The notes under the pieces were generated by a model, which was not told where the DNA came from, searched no databases, and worked only from the letters and a program-made list of their open reading frames with translations. DNA of 64,000 nucleotides, taken from assembly GCA_010015805.1 (NCBI GenBank), contig ML978126.1:2046001-2110000 (forward strand), in the 5' to 3' direction. Every line of letters begins with the position of its first letter. The stretch's first letter is position 1. Below are positions 12,436-29,444 of this stretch, piece by piece. This DNA is from Rhizodiscina lignyota (Eukaryota). Made by a program: the position numbers and the translations under genes.

Positions 12436-13358
12436 TGCGGTCGATAGTGCGAGGCTGGGATGCGAGCTTTAATTCTCAGCAGTGGTTGCAAAAATTCCAG
12501 CTCCGATCTAATCTGGATCTAATCGCTTGGCATCGTGGCATATTCCCATTGGGCGACTCGTGCGCCCCAGGTTCGGCTCGTTCCGGCGAGGATATGATGG
12601 CAATCCGCACTGCTTGGAGCTGACTCGATTGCTCTGTTCAGCAGTTTTGCGGCCTTGATTTCTGGTGCTCCCTTGGTAAGCCGGCCTAGTTCCACTCCTG
12701 GGATGGCCATGCATCCTCAGCTTGCACAAGCAACTATATTATGGCTTCCTGTGCTTCCACCTCGTACGGCCCTGAATCATCGGCACCGAAAGGGCCATTC
12801 CCATATCTAGCTGAACCCACACCGTGTGGCATGGTACCTTGATTTGCGTAGCGATATGGCCCAATTGTAGAACTCCGAGCTCGATATCACCCCATTCATA
12901 GAGAAAAACCACCAGCACACGAATGTCAAGATGACGTAGGCGTCAAAACACCTTGACAACCTCTCATAAAAAGACGCGCAGCGTCGCAGAGCATCCTCCA
13001 TAAGCTCTAGGACCTGCAGTAACACCGCCAGAGGGCAAGCTGACCTTCCTGCAAGCGAGCATTGCTGTCTCGGCAAGCTTCTTGCTCCTGCGGCTCTGAT
13101 TTTAGCTGCCCGCTTCCGCACTCTGGGGTTGCTGGTGGCCTTCAAATCCTTGCAGCGTCGCAAACACGCAGCAGTGACGTCTTGCGCCTCGCTTTAAAAT
13201 TACCCACCGTCTCCCGGTCCGCGCTTGCACACTGTCAGACTTTATTTTCCTCCTCCCCCCAAGTGTTCCAAAGACTCCAATTCTTCTGATTGCTAGCTAC
13301 CGCGTTCCTACGATTTCCAGGAAGGGTCCGTCCCTTTCCTGAGAGCTACTCGATCAAG

Positions 13359-16238
13359 ATGCCCACTTTTATCGTCTCTCTGTAAGTTGCTCCAGAACAG
13401 CCCAGCAAAGCTCGATAAACATCGAAAAGTCCAATTGAACTGTTTGCTGACTCGAGCAGCTTCTTACCGTACACCATCGACTTCCATGACCTCCCCACAC
13501 CAGCTCGCCGTTCAAGCCCACCTCCGTTCCTCAACCGCAAAGACTCTGCTCCCGACATCAACACAAGGACAAGCCTCTTCCCCCAAGGGACACCGCCACG
13601 TACGCCCGCTGCCACGGCCGACCCTGCCGAGTTCTTCTCTCAGACTCAGCCAAGCGTTGCGACCCACTTTCTCCGACCCCATGAACCTCGCGCTCTCGTC
13701 CGCAGCGATGCGCATATACCAGAATGGGGTCGCAATTCCTTCTTCAACCAGCCCCGATCGCGTGCTGGTCCCATCCCACCTGAGACAATCCTGAAGTACG
13801 TGCAAGCGGAGAAGGACAAGAAAGATGCCGAGAAACGGCATCATTCGCGAACGCCTTCGAGGCACCACAGGCGCATGGCATCTGGAAGAATTCCGGGCTC
13901 CCCCCGCTCCAGAACACTCAGCAAAGAGCGCGAAGGGTGGAGCACCGAGTGGACTGTCGAGCCAGCTGTCCAAGGAAATGGTGGCCTCACAAACGCTATA
14001 CGCGCCGCAACCGAAACTGGATCAATGAACGACGTTTTCTGGGTTGGAACTGTGGGCTTTCCTACCGATTCGCTCGAGGGCTCGATGAGAGATGAGATTC
14101 GGGAGAAACTCGATAACGAGTATGATGCGTTGACTGTGTATGTCAGTGATAGCGACTTGGATGGACACTACACGCACTACTGCAAGACGATCTTGTGGCC
14201 CGTCTTCCACTACCAGATCCCAGATCATCCCAAGAGCAAGGCGTACGAGGATCATTCGTACAACTTCTACAGGAATGTAAATCGCGCCTTTGCGGATAAG
14301 ATTATCAAGAGCTACAAGCGCGGTGATGTCATCTGGATCAACGACTACCACCTCCTGCTCGTACCGGGAATGGTGAGGGAGAAGCTGCCGGACGCGCAGA
14401 TTGGCTTCTTCCTGCATACCGCCTTCCCCTCGTCCGAAGTGTTCCGCTGTCTGTCTGTTCGAAAAGAGCTTCTGGAGGGTATGCTCGGTGCAAATCTGGT
14501 TGCGTTCCAGAGCCCAGAGTACTCGGAGCACTTTTTGACGACGTGCAGTCGACTGCTCGTTGTTGAAGCTACCGCGGACGGTGTGCAGCTTGAAGACCGT
14601 TTTGTCGATGTCGCCTCTGTGCCCATTGGTATCGATCCAAAGGGTCTGAATCAGGCACGAGCAGATCCAGATGTCATGGAGTGGATCGACGTGATGCAGC
14701 AGCGGTACAAGGGCAAGAAGTTGATTGTCGCGAGAGATCAACTGGACAACATTCGAGGAGTCCGACAAAAGTTACTTGCCTTTGAGCTATTCCTCAACAA
14801 GAATCCTGACTGGCGTGAGAAGGTCGTTCTCATTCAAGTCGCAACATCAACTGCCGAGAATACTGAGCTAGCCGCAACTGTCTCTGATATTGTCACTCGT
14901 ATCGACAGCATACACTCCACACTTGCTCATCAGCCGCTCGTCTTCCTCCGTCAAGACATTGCCTTTTCTCAATACCTTGCTCTCCTCTCTGTCGCAGACG
15001 TCCTCTTAATCACGAGCTTACGCGAAGGCATGAACCTTACATGCCATGAGTACGTTCTCTGTCAAGATGGCAAATACACGGACAAGAAGTTTGGGCCTAT
15101 CATTCTCTCTGAGTTCACGGGAAGCGCTTCCGTCCTCGGATCCAATGTCCTGACCATCAATCCTTGGGATTACCAGCAATGTGCCAATGATATCAGAATC
15201 GCTTTGGAGATGCCTGATAACGAAAAGGAGCGCCGCTACAACCACGTTAGAGACATCGTCACGCATCAAACGGGTGAATTCTGGTGCTCGACTCTATCGA
15301 AGCGCCTCGCCAAGGTCTACGAGGAGCAGTATTCGCGCGATACGATGAGTATCCCTCGTCTATCTCTCACAAAGCTCAGTGTGCAGTACCAGAAGAGCAA
15401 CACTCGCGTCTTCATCCTCGACTACGAAGGCACGCTGGCGACCCTTAGCACCCCGAAGAACGTCCATCTCTCATCGCCGCAGCGTGTCATCGACGCGCTC
15501 AACGACATTATCAGCGATGAGAAGAACATTGTTTACGTCATGTCAGGCCGCACACCCGAGGAACTCGAACGCCTCTTCATCCGCGTGCCCAGCCTCGGCT
15601 TGATCGCCGAGAACGGTTGCTTTGTACGGGAGTTTGGCCAGAATGAGTGGATCGCGTTCCCAGACCTCTCCAAGGTCGAGCAGTGGAAAGAGAGCGTCAA
15701 GAACATCCTCCAGTACTACATCGAGCGCGTCGAAGGTTCCGAAATCGACGAGCGCTATTGCAGTCTGCGCTTCAACTACGCTCGCGCCGAGGACGGAGAT
15801 GCCGCGGCGCGCCAGGCTGGTGATTGTGCGAATCATATCAATGATGCGTGCGGTAGCCAGCGCGTGCATGCTGTGCCCGTCGACAAGGCTGTGCTCATTG
15901 AGCCGATTGAATGGAGCAAGGGTACCGCTGCCGCGCACATCTTTGAGGGTTTGGTGGAGCAGAAGAAGAATGGTGGCGTCGAGTTCTTGATGGTTGCGGG
16001 TGATGATCGAGAGGATGAAGTTATCTTCCGCTGGGCGAATGGTCTTCAGAAGGAGGGCCTCGTCAAGGAGGTCATCACTGTTAGTGTGGGTAAGAGGAAT
16101 ACGGAAGCGTTGGCTACATTGACGCAGGGCACGAGTGGTAAGTTGTCATCGTCGCCTCATTGGAAAGAATATGATCTATTGACACTAGGATCTGCAGGTC
16201 TCCTCATGGCTCTCCAAAAGCTTGCAAAGCTGCGCTAA
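13359..16238 (+). CDS. TPS3: Trehalose-6-phosphate synthase complex regulatory subunit (GT20 + HAD phosphatase-like; Tps3/Tsl1 type); introns 13382-13459 and 16138-16197
   Basis: N-terminus MPTFIVSL|FLPYTIDF; YCKTILWPVFHYQ, WINDYHL, GFFLHTAFPSSE, LREGMNL; degenerate HAD motif LDYEGTL (lacks second Asp), as expected for the regulatory subunit. Confidence 0.88.
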
Positions 16239-16897
16239 GCATATTCTGCTCGCTACCCAACTGAACGCTCCGCAAATGCACCGACTACTGATCAAATGCA
16301 CTTCCTATTCGCGCAATGGTCATACTACGTTGTCTTACTCGATTTTTCTTTCTCGATGTTCCTCGAAGAACCAGAAGGACACACTCTACTCCTCTCCCGA
16401 CATTTCCCTTAATCCCTAACCTTTCACGACTGTCTTTTCTACCGCATAGCACCTTCAATTGTTTTGCTTCACATGCACGATACCAATACCCCAATACCTA
16501 GATAGCATGGCTTTCCCCTCTTCAGAAGAGCACAGTTTGTACGAGCAATACGGCGAGCATAGGCATAGCGGATGGCGCAATGGCCGGGCTCTTTCTTTAT
16601 GTACCTACGACACAAGAAAAAACCACTACAAAATGCGTGTATGCAAAAGAAACTTCCCCAAGACTCAATCACAATGATATCGAACTCGCTGTGAGAACAG
16701 AAACAAAAGAACAGAAAAAGAATAATGCATATTAAAACTCGCGCTATCACTTCCAATCCCCTCCTCTAGCCCAAGCGAGGAGCAGCCAATTTAATGCACC
16801 AACCAAGCCCTAGACCAATCCCCAAAGCCAAGTGCCTTTCCGCTTATACATAGCTCTCAACATTGCTTTCATTGCCCCACCATTCTCCAACTCGTCA

Positions 16898-19219
16898 TCA
16901 CCGAACGTATCTCGCGCTCAACCCTGCAAACGCATCAGGACTGTGCCGCCCACTCATACTCAGCCCCATGAAATCAACGCTCTCCCGGCTCCCAGCAGCG
17001 CCAATGCTGCTCACCCCGGTTGCCATCCCGCCCACTGCAGGAGCTGAACCTCCACCAGCAGCAGGCATCGCGAACGCGGAAGAGTTTGACGAGCTTGGCG
17101 GCTCACCGTTCTCGGCGACGGGCGCGAGCGTGCTGAAGGGATTGAGGTTGCCGGTGGCGGGGCCGCCGACGGGCATTGTGACGCTGCGCTTTGGGTGGGA
17201 GAGGGGTGGTGCGGAGTGGGTGTCGGGAGGGGTGTTTGGATCGCTGGGGAGTGTGGCAGAGGGGCGTGGAGGAGCGAGGTGTGGCATGTTGTAGAGGGCG
17301 AGGATGGAGGATTTGTCGTGGCGGATTGGCATGGTGGGGTGTTGTGATTGTTGGAAGGGCTGTGGTTGAGGTTGGGTTTGGGGTTGTTGGAATGGCTGCT
17401 GCTGTGGCGCTTGCGGTTGCTGGGCTTGCTGTGGACTGAATGATTGCTGTTGAGCTTGAAGTTGTGGTTGCGGTTGTCCTGCGAACTGCTGGAATTGGTT
17501 CTGAGGCTGGGATTGAGGTTGCTGATGCTGCTGAGAGAATGGCTGCTGATCCAACGGAAATGTCCAAGACTGCTGTTGGGACTGCGATCCAGCGGGCTGC
17601 GAGCTGAACGGTGAGGTGCTTGGCTGCTGAAGCTGTGATGGCGTCAATCCAAAGGGATTTGAGTTCGCCGAAGTGGTGAAGACTTGAGATCGCGACTGCC
17701 TCAAGAAAGGATTGTGCGCCTGCTGTGGCGGCTGCTGGCTTTGGTCAAACGATTGCTGCCCATTCGACATGAGCTGTGAATTCAGTGGAGCGAATGGAGG
17801 TTGGTAGGTGGATACAGGAGGAGGGGTATAGGTCTGTAGGAAGGGGTTGCTCTGATGATGCGGCGGGTTCGGAAAACCACCCGTAGAATGCGGGAACAGC
17901 TGCTGCGGTTGGTGTGATGGAGCAAGGTTAAGTGCCTGGAACGATTGGTCTAATGATGCCTGCTGCAACACGGCTGGTTGCGCTGGCATGAACGGATTAT
18001 ATGGGTTTGGAGTTGTGAAGCTGCGCGTCTGTTGGTTAACAGGAGCTTGCACGGTCTGTTGTTGATTTAGCGCATCAAACGGATTGGTCGATGTGATAGC
18101 AGCCGGCGTCTCCGTCAATGGTGGCTGAGCTGGCATCGGCGGTTGTCTGGTCTTCTGAATTGATATGCCGGCTGGAGGATCATCCTTTGGAGGCACAGCG
18201 GGACTGCCAGTTCTCGTCGGGCTCTTTGATCCCTCGCCGAGCCTGATCAGCGCTTCCACAGCCCTATCAATATTCCCATTGAGCCCTTTAAGAACAGTTG
18301 AGTTCCGTCTCTCATCTGGAAAGCCCATCTCCCGCAGTTGTGCCAGTTTCGAATCGAACGACTCGCTCGAGCTATTACCAATCGCGGATCCAAATACTCT
18401 TGACGCCTTGTTTAACCTTGGAGGTGACGTGTCTCTTCCGAAACCTCCCAACCCAGGTGAAACTGGAGGAGTTATTCGCTCTGGTCTGGGCATTGGAAAT
18501 GAGGACGACGACGAACGCAAGCCAAAGTGGAAGCGCTTGCTCGGCTTGGGAGGTAGGGGAGGCGGTGGCCCCTCTGAGCTTGTACTTGTGCTTCCTGTAT
18601 GTTGCCGCGGTGCAGGTGCGGCACCATCACTGAACGTCCTCTGCTCGTACTTCTGCCGTATAAAGCGCTCCATGGCCCCGTCCACCTCGTCGACGTCAAT
18701 CGGTATGGAAGGTCGGATGTTCCGAGGATTATATATTCGGTTGGCGGCGGCATTGCCCGTCTTCTTCATGTTCTGTGCTCATATGAGTATATATGAGAGA
18801 GTCACAACCCTCTTTCAGACGTACGTCGACCTGGTCATTACTCCAGCTGTCCATGCTCAACGACTTGACCTTCGTTACGTGCGTGCCGACCTTTCGGTGC
18901 AGCGCGGCGCAACGCAAACATAAGAATACCCCCAACTATCCCGCAGATCCCGTTAGCTTGTTGTATCCTCGATCTCCTCCATTCGAATGCGCGTCCACGT
19001 CACGTCGGGGTCGCAAAGGGGTTCGGTGGGAACTTACACTCCAACTTGCCCATCCTTCCGTCTATTAGCCATACGTCAAGCTCTCGAGGCTGAGGCGAAC
19101 ATACCTGGATTGCGCGCACCACAGTCGGCGCATTTGTCGTTGCCCGGGACGTTCTTGATCAGGTCCTGCAGGGCTCGCTCGTTCCGAGCTTGCTGCCGCT
19201 TGTTCAGCGTGCCGGCCAT
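16898..19219 (-). CDS. GTS1: ArfGAP zinc-finger + UBA + Q/P-rich protein (Gts1-like); introns 19055-19104, 18936-19037, 18773-18824
   Basis: Spliced CADCGARNPG|WASWS|LGVFLCLRCAALHRKVGTHVTKVKSLSMDSW; FIRQKYE; UBA-like LREMGFPD..GNIDRAVEAL; NPF motifs. Confidence 0.85.
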
Positions 19220-21553
19220 GTTGTGAAAGGGAAAGGCGGGATCTGCTCTATTGCGTTATGCTCGGGCTCGACAGCATGGCAGATCTACAAATAGATGGAG
19301 CAGGCACAACAGCGGCGAACCCTGATCACGGGGGCAGGATAAGCTTAGAAAGCTGCACGAGAGTGAGGTGGTGGAGGTAAGGTCAAGGTCCTGGCTCGCG
19401 CGGGAGATCCTTTCGGACTTTGTGTGGCTGCCCCGGCCCAAAGCGACCTCCCTTTGTGGCGTCTCGCCTCCTTTCAGCTCACGAAAATGTGATTGTCCGT
19501 CTGACTTGGGAGTGCTTTGGATGCAGAGGACAGTGTTTGGCGAGGACAACTTTCAGTGTCCTCGAGTTGGCTGTGAAGTCAACGTTGCTGCCAGCAACAG
19601 TGCTACCGAGTACTTAGGCTCGGGCCGTGTAAAGGGGCAAATCGGACACAGGTGGTCGGAAAGACTTGGGCACCGTTCATCTTCTTTACTTGCGGAAAGC
19701 ATGTCGAACTTAAAGACCTGTCCAACGGAGAACATGCTGCAGGCTATTATTGACACATTAGAGAAAGCTATGGTACTCCATAAGGGAATGTACGGCTCTG
19801 CAGGTGACCCAGGACGTCACCGACCGCACAATAGGCGGTCCAACGCTGGGCCTAATAGTGCCTCATTCAATCGGTCTAGAACGCCAACATGACCGACCAA
19901 CCTACGGAGCCCTCGAAGGGAGGAGAGCGGTTGATTATGCGTTCAGTGTATGAAGTGTGATGAAGAGAAGAGCGCTGGGGAGGAGGCGAAGATTTTGCGG
20001 TGGAGGCACTGCTTAGTCATCGCGTAAGCCGCATCAAAATTCGCGCGCTTGAGCCGCAACAGTTCTCTTCCTTCACCAACTTTGGCATTCGTCTCATGCT
20101 TCCAAGTAGCAACAACCACGCCGAGCCTCCGTAATATGAAACAATCCTCCGGGCTGCGGCTCTGAGACGACGTTTGCATGCTGGATCTTGGAGCCACACG
20201 AGGATGTCGCGGAGTGCAACTCCGCTCGGCGCAGTGCATGCAGAGCTCGAGCGAGCGAGGAGGCTCAATACCTTATCTTCGGTACATAGGCACCACGATA
20301 TGCCTGCCTCTCGAGTCGTCTCATGACCTTGAAGCATACTTCATCATCAGTGGGAGAGCAAACTCACGGGTTTTAGCAGGCCCACGTCTTCTCCACCCTG
20401 ATGTTTCTTCTCTCTATAGGGCATCAGGACTATTCAAACGGACGGACACACCAATGTTTCGTAATGATAATGCGGCATCATGCCATCGAAATTTGAAATC
20501 CAGCCATCACTTTTCACTCCCATCAACTACAATTCCATGGAACTCTGGTGACCGTGCTCGTGCGATATCGCTTAGGCTAAACTGATTGGCCCCGAGCTCC
20601 ATCAGCAGAAATACGATGACGAGCTGCCCCAACGGAGTGCACGTTGCCTTATCGATGGGTTCTTCCAAGGTCGCAGCAAGTTTTGAGTGCATTCGCTCGA
20701 CTCTTGGTGCGTCTAATTTCCGAGCGGACCTTCCCGGCTCGGGGCGTCATGCTTCTAAAAGTTTCTCTGCTGTAGCTTCGAGCATATATCACACCGGCCC
20801 CGGCAACGATCATACAGGCCGTATAGGAGGCGATAATCGACCTTATATTCGTCATGCTGCCTGAAAAGGCGAGCGGGAGGTGGCTCAAGGCACGGAAGGG
20901 GAGGACTCGAAATGAAGTGTGGCTGGTGCCCTCTGATTCAGATTGCGTGGGGCTCTGTGGCTGGCGCTTCTTGCGGCTGCTTAATCTCCACTCCCTGAAA
21001 TAAGATCCCCGGCGATCACGATTTAGTGACGCGCTTGACGGCTGGGGTTGTGGGCGGAGGCCTTGGACAATTGGTCGGCGTCGGCCCCAGACATTGCTCG
21101 TGGAGCACGAAACAGCGTGGCGCTTCCGCTATGGAGCTGCGGTCATCCCTGCATCGAACGAGCTTCCAGGATGCTTCCGACCATGTTTACCTTGCCTCAT
21201 TTCCAGACTGCCTTCCGCACCCCGGTGCTGTGTTCGAAACTCTCCCATTCCTCAATTCCTCATTGCGAGCTCATCGGATTTCCCATCTTCACTTTGCTGC
21301 GTGGACGATGCCCGTGGCATTGTTTGCATAGGCAGCAGGAGACCCTTTTGTGACTAGCTGAGCATCGACACATCCCCGAGCACCGCACTTGGTGGTTACC
21401 TCAGCTACGCCTGATGAACTCGACAATACAACTGTGAATTGTGATTGTTATCCATACACGACCAGTTATGACCTCACGTTCATTTTGAAGTTACTTTGAC
21501 CTGAGCGTCTTCTAATTTTCAAAACTTTCTTTCAACCCTTTTCAGCCTTCAAT

Positions 21554-24500
21554 ATGGGCAACGAACAATCAGCCTTGTCCCCTCGGGAACACAACAAGCT
21601 GACGAAACCTCGAACAAATCGACATGCCCCCGCAAACAGTTTTCGAGCTTCCCAACTGCGAGATTCGAGATCTATAATTTCCGACTACGACGAAAGCAAA
21701 CTTTCAATATCACGCTCAGATACCAATGACAGCAAACATATGCGTGAGTTGCGGAAACAGCTCCAATCGGAACTCTTTGGCTCTCGAGAGCTACTACGAA
21801 CTAGCGATGACCAATACGAGGATGAGTCTTCGACGAGTCGCCGCAGTCGTGCGTCCCGCGTGTCGAGAGCCAATTCACTAGCCACTGAGCAGCCCAGTAG
21901 TCATGCATCTACAATCAAGCTACAACATACCGGAGTTGCATCTCAGCTATCACTACTATCAGAGAGTTCTCCAGTGGATAAGAAGACGGCAGTGGCGATG
22001 TTGCAGAGGTTCAGTAAGAATGCTTCTCCGGACGAGCTTGCTGCACTTCGTACGTATATTCTCTGTCATTTCCGGGAAGATATCCTAATATTGTGACAGA
22101 AACCGCCATAGTAGCCTCACAACCGCATGACGTCAGTCCCATCGAAGACTCTGACCCGCCTGAAGATGCAACCGACCAAGATACTTCAGCTTTAATACGT
22201 CGCCGATCCTTTGCTCCTCCAGGTCTTGCAACCCGCCACGATCGGACAGTCGAACGCCCAGTTATCAATCCACTCGGAGCACATCCGGTGCGCGAACATG
22301 ATCTAGATCTAGGAGTATTACTGAGGGAGGAACATTTGGAGGAACATGTGGAGGAGCCACTGGACGAGCCTCCAACTCTGGATCGGCTAATGGTCATGAA
22401 CCTCAGCCCCAGTGGACGAGACTCTCCATACTCAAGGGCACAAACTCCGGGCGATATGGACTATCCCCATATTGGAACATTGAAGATTGGCTCTTTGGTT
22501 GTAACGAACGGAGCTGTATCACCGGAGCCCAGCATCAGGACTGCAAGAGCTATGACCCCAACTCAGTCATTCCTCGATTTGCGGGATGACGATTATTACA
22601 CAGCATCGGAAGGTCAATCTTCTGGAACGGTGACGCCAGCAACGACTTATGAGGTTCGAAACGGGAAATTACGAATTGCGAGGTCTGTGGAGGATATACC
22701 GCCACTGCCGAATTCCGTGCATAACAGCGCCAGCATGTTCAATTTGCAGGCACCAACAAGGATCCCTGCAAGGCGACCTTCAAGCCCATTGAAACAAGAG
22801 GCAACCTGGTCCGAGCCAAATGGTGACCACATGGTCCATGACATGAAACTAGCACAGCCGCAGCTTCAGGTCCAAGCTCAAGTGCTTACTAGGAGCGCAT
22901 CCCACTTTGCACGAGGATACCTATCAGAGCTACCATCAAGTCCCTACAATGCTAGGCCGAATCTGAGTCTGAATATGAGTCGATCAGTGAGCCAGGAGTC
23001 AACTTCTCAATACTCACAGGCTACTGACGAGGGTTTTGCTGAACCGAACATGGATGAAGCTTTTGACGAGAGCTTTGTCAGTGACCCGCAATCCATCTAC
23101 TCCGAGTATGGCCAATTGGAGGCCTCGCCAGTCTCGTACACTGACGAAGACGCGATGAAGACGCCTGTGAAATTGACCCGACCGAGACAAACGAAAGCTG
23201 ACTCTGGCTATTCATCAAGCACGAGCACCAGAGGTCTTCCAACTCCACCAGATGAAAAAGACGTTTCACCACTGTCATATGAAGAGCAGGTGGACGACAG
23301 GCCAACCCGGAGAAGCACCGTGTCCCGTCGAGACCAGAGCGATGTGGAGAGCCTCTATACATTCGATCAGATGCTCAAAGAGCTTCCTCCGGTCGCCGCT
23401 TCTTACCTTGACAGCCCCAAGGTCGCACAGCCAGCCGTCAAACCAGTTCGGATGTCGCTGTTACGTTCTGTCTCCTGGGGAAGGAAATCTCGGATGTCCT
23501 TTAGTCCAATGGCCTCTACTGACACAATTCCTACGATTGCCAGCACACTGACTTCCAAGTCAAAGCCAGAAAGCAAACAGTCGAAGAAGCTGCAGAAAGC
23601 GAAACCAAAGAGCAAGGTGCCAGTCCAGGTCCAAGCGCTTCGTGCTGTCGAATCGGTCCCACGTATTCCCACTCCGATCAGAAGGAAACACTCCAACCGC
23701 TTACTCAATAATCCCGGAATGGATCACCTAGAACGCACTTATGGCTCTACTGCTGACGAAGATATGGAAGATGGTGAATCAGAATTTGGGGAACCATTCG
23801 AGATACGCTTTCCCTCGCCAGCGCCTGAAGTAGATCTAGAAGAGGCTTTGGCGAAGAACAAGAAGAAGCATCGAAGTCGGCGATTCTCAAAGGCAGCGAA
23901 GACAGTGCAGAGCGAGCCAAGCTCACGACCGCCAACGCCGCCAGAACACCGTTCGGGGATGGCAAGTTTCTTCAGGAGGGGATCTCGAGGCCCATCTATG
24001 GATCGTCCACGTCCGAGCTTCGAGGAGACGGCAGCAATGATTGCGGATTTTGGAACTGCAGCCCAGTCTCTTGGCAGTTCACCATACGATGTCGCGACTG
24101 AAATGACTCGTTCCAACTCTCGCTCAAGCGCGGCTGCGGCACGAGAAGCGGTGTACCATCCGCATCAGATCAGCACTAATGTAATACGGCGAAGAAGCTG
24201 GGTGGAAATGGACGATGAAACGGCTGCCGAATTTGCACGGAGGAGAAGTCGTGAACGTGCCGCAATTGCAGAGGCACGTGAAGCAGCTACCTACGACTTT
24301 GCGCTCCAGTCCAGGAGAATTGCGATACCTCCGAAACGACCATCCATGGGCCCAAGACCTCATAGCTTCTATGACAATATACCTGGCTCCCGTGTCTCTT
24401 CGGGAGGCTCTGTCTATTCTCTGGGAAGAGCGAGAAGCTTTGATGAGGATCGACGGCCTATTTACCCTGTTCGCGTTCCTTCTGGAGGTTCAGACAGGAG

Positions 24501-25458
24501 CCGTGGCAGACCGAAGAGTTTCCAGGAATGGGAACTACAACGACGCAACAGTGGGCCTTCTCGCAGCAAGAGCCGACCTCGAGGAAAGCTTGTGGATGCA
24601 ACTCCACCTGTGCCTCCACTGCCAGCGCAGACGCTGGAGAGAGATGAAGAGCATTTCTTTTCGCCTACCCCACCTCAGCCCAGAACTAATACAGATGGTG
24701 TCAAAAATTTGCTGGTCAAGCCTCAATCGGGCCATCTGCGGAGCAAGTCGGATACGGCTCCAGAAGTCGTAGTCACGCCTGATTGGACTGCCTCCGGCGA
24801 CATTTGGCGGCAGAGACGAATGCAACTCAGCCAGAATTTGCAACTGCATACGAACAAGGGTTCGGTTCAACCTCTGCCATCAATGAAGGGCAATCAAGGC
24901 TTTGAGCAAGACGAGGCCATCAGTCCTATCGAGCCCATCGAAGAGATGAAGCCGCCAGCGATCGTGGTCTCGAGGTACATGACACCGTCACCGACACAAG
25001 GACTGACAGAACTTGATGCCATGGAGAGCGAGCGGCCTGTGGAACGTTATGAACTCGCTGCGTTCCCAACTCCGCCAAGACCGCCAAAACATTCAACGCC
25101 TGTTTCGGCCAGACCAAGGTCGGCCTCTCCAGCCCCATCGACAGTATTGGAGCAATCCATGGATCCAGTCTCAATGACGCCGCCAAGAAGGATGACGCCC
25201 TTTGATCGCGCTGCTGCGAAGGGAACATCTTCCCCGACTAAGGGTTCCTTGTTGGGTCCTAATCGGACTTCAGTAGCAATGTACGACCGCTACAGCGGTG
25301 GTTTGGCATACGAGTATGAGCCCGGCAAAGGTGTAGGAGGTAGCGCTGGAACTCGAGCCATCAAAGGCGCGACTACTCGAAGAAGCGGACCGTTAAGCCA
25401 AGGATATGGCGTGGATCTCAGCGACGTGCCAGTCTTCTTCCCTCAGCGAGTGGGGTAA
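21554..25458 (+). CDS. Large, mostly disordered hypothetical protein with putative N-myristoylation signal; intron 22050-22099
   Basis: Starts MGNEQS (G2, S6). GTACGT..CTAAT..CAG intron joins the 180-aa and 1121-aa ORFs in frame. Compact C-terminal block DRYSGGLAYEYEPGKGVGGSAGTR..YGVDLSDVPVF. Confidence 0.8.
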
Positions 25459-26219
25459 ATTATTCCGTTTGTGGGAGTTTTCAAGGGGAGATTAAATTAC
25501 TTTTTGGCTTTGGACTTGCTTAACTTTTCTTTTACGACGAATATGGATACATCTCATGGTTTTTAGGCACAGCCTCAAGGCTGTTTTGCCGCATTGTTCT
25601 ATACCCACGGCAAAGATAGGGCTAGCGCTTTGGCTTGGATGGAGGCATCTGAGTAGGCGTCGGCCAGTTGCATTGTATATACCCCTTCGATATTCTTAAT
25701 GTAATCGGATGGAACGTTCGATTCACCAACTTGTCTTGCGGATAATTGGCTCGCGTGACTTTTGTACCACCTCTCACTACGCTGACAGGTCTGATTGAAG
25801 CCGCAGATACTCATCCGCCATCGACTGCAAGCCATAACCTTTATGTGGATTCCCCTAAACCTATGTATCGTAAGAACATCCGAGATGATTCAATATGCTT
25901 GGCATTTGAAGCATTTGCTGCAGGAGAGCGCGGGTAAGCTCCCCCTGGTTGGCCAGAGCGCGAACGACATGGCGTGCGACTTCTAGCCAAATGTCCAAAA
26001 GCACTACGTAGCTCATTCGCTCTCTTCGGAATCAACACCTCTTTCCTTCCTTTTTGTAAATTTTCTTCGAGCAACATTGGCATCTAATCTCCAATGTTCT
26101 CACTGCACATGAGGAGCTAACCTCTGGACTTTCATTTCCTCAAACGCGCGTTCTTCGAGTCTCTCAATACCCCCCTCCCGTCTCTACGGAGTACCGAGCC
26201 AGCAACTGCTGGCTCTGCA

Positions 26220-28747
<2,528 letters not shown>

Positions 28748-29444
28748 TGAAGAAAGAAAAGAGGAGCTGTTGTCACTCCCGAATAGTGAAGTCCCTTTTC
28801 AAAGTTGGTGCATTGCGATGGCGTTACGTATGTCTGAGTAGGATTGGATTGTATAAGAATCACTATCTTGAAATGTAAAGCGAAGTCGGTCATCACCCCG
28901 ACATATCTCTATGCAAGAGATGCTTGCCTAAAAGCTTGTGTCCTTGCTTGTTTGCGGATTATACCCGCTCTTCCATCCTGTGTACGCTATGCCAAGACAG
29001 GCAACATTAACCCCAATCCCAGTTCAGTGTCCATCCTACTCCGTAACTCCAACCACACCATCCTTCGCCGCATGCAAGGCCGTTTCAGGCACCGGCGCGA
29101 CCCGTACGGACCGATGGAATGCTATTGGTCTATTCTGTGACCATGGTCCAAGAAGACCTTATCGGCGCCATGGCCGAAGGTTCGCCGTCCGGTCTGCGGC
29201 GCCGGCCCTCGATCTCTTCACGGTGAGACGTAGCTTGTTCTAGTATCTCCATGATCTCCTCGCTATCTCGCTCGTCATGTGTAATCGTATGTACGACTAT
29301 CAAGTGTGGGTCCTATGCGCGAGTAGCCATCCGAAAGATGGGTTAAACAGCTCAGGTTCGCCATCAAAGTAGGTTTTGCGCTCTTACTTCCGTCTGGTCA
29401 TACATATTCTCAGTCGAGAGAGTTCAGTTTGGACCTTTGGGACA

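Noticed and set aside
19260..21500. Several 60-170-aa ORFs in the 2.3-kb divergent intergenic region
   Set aside because: No motifs, codon bias or supporting splice structure; more likely promoter and UTR sequence.
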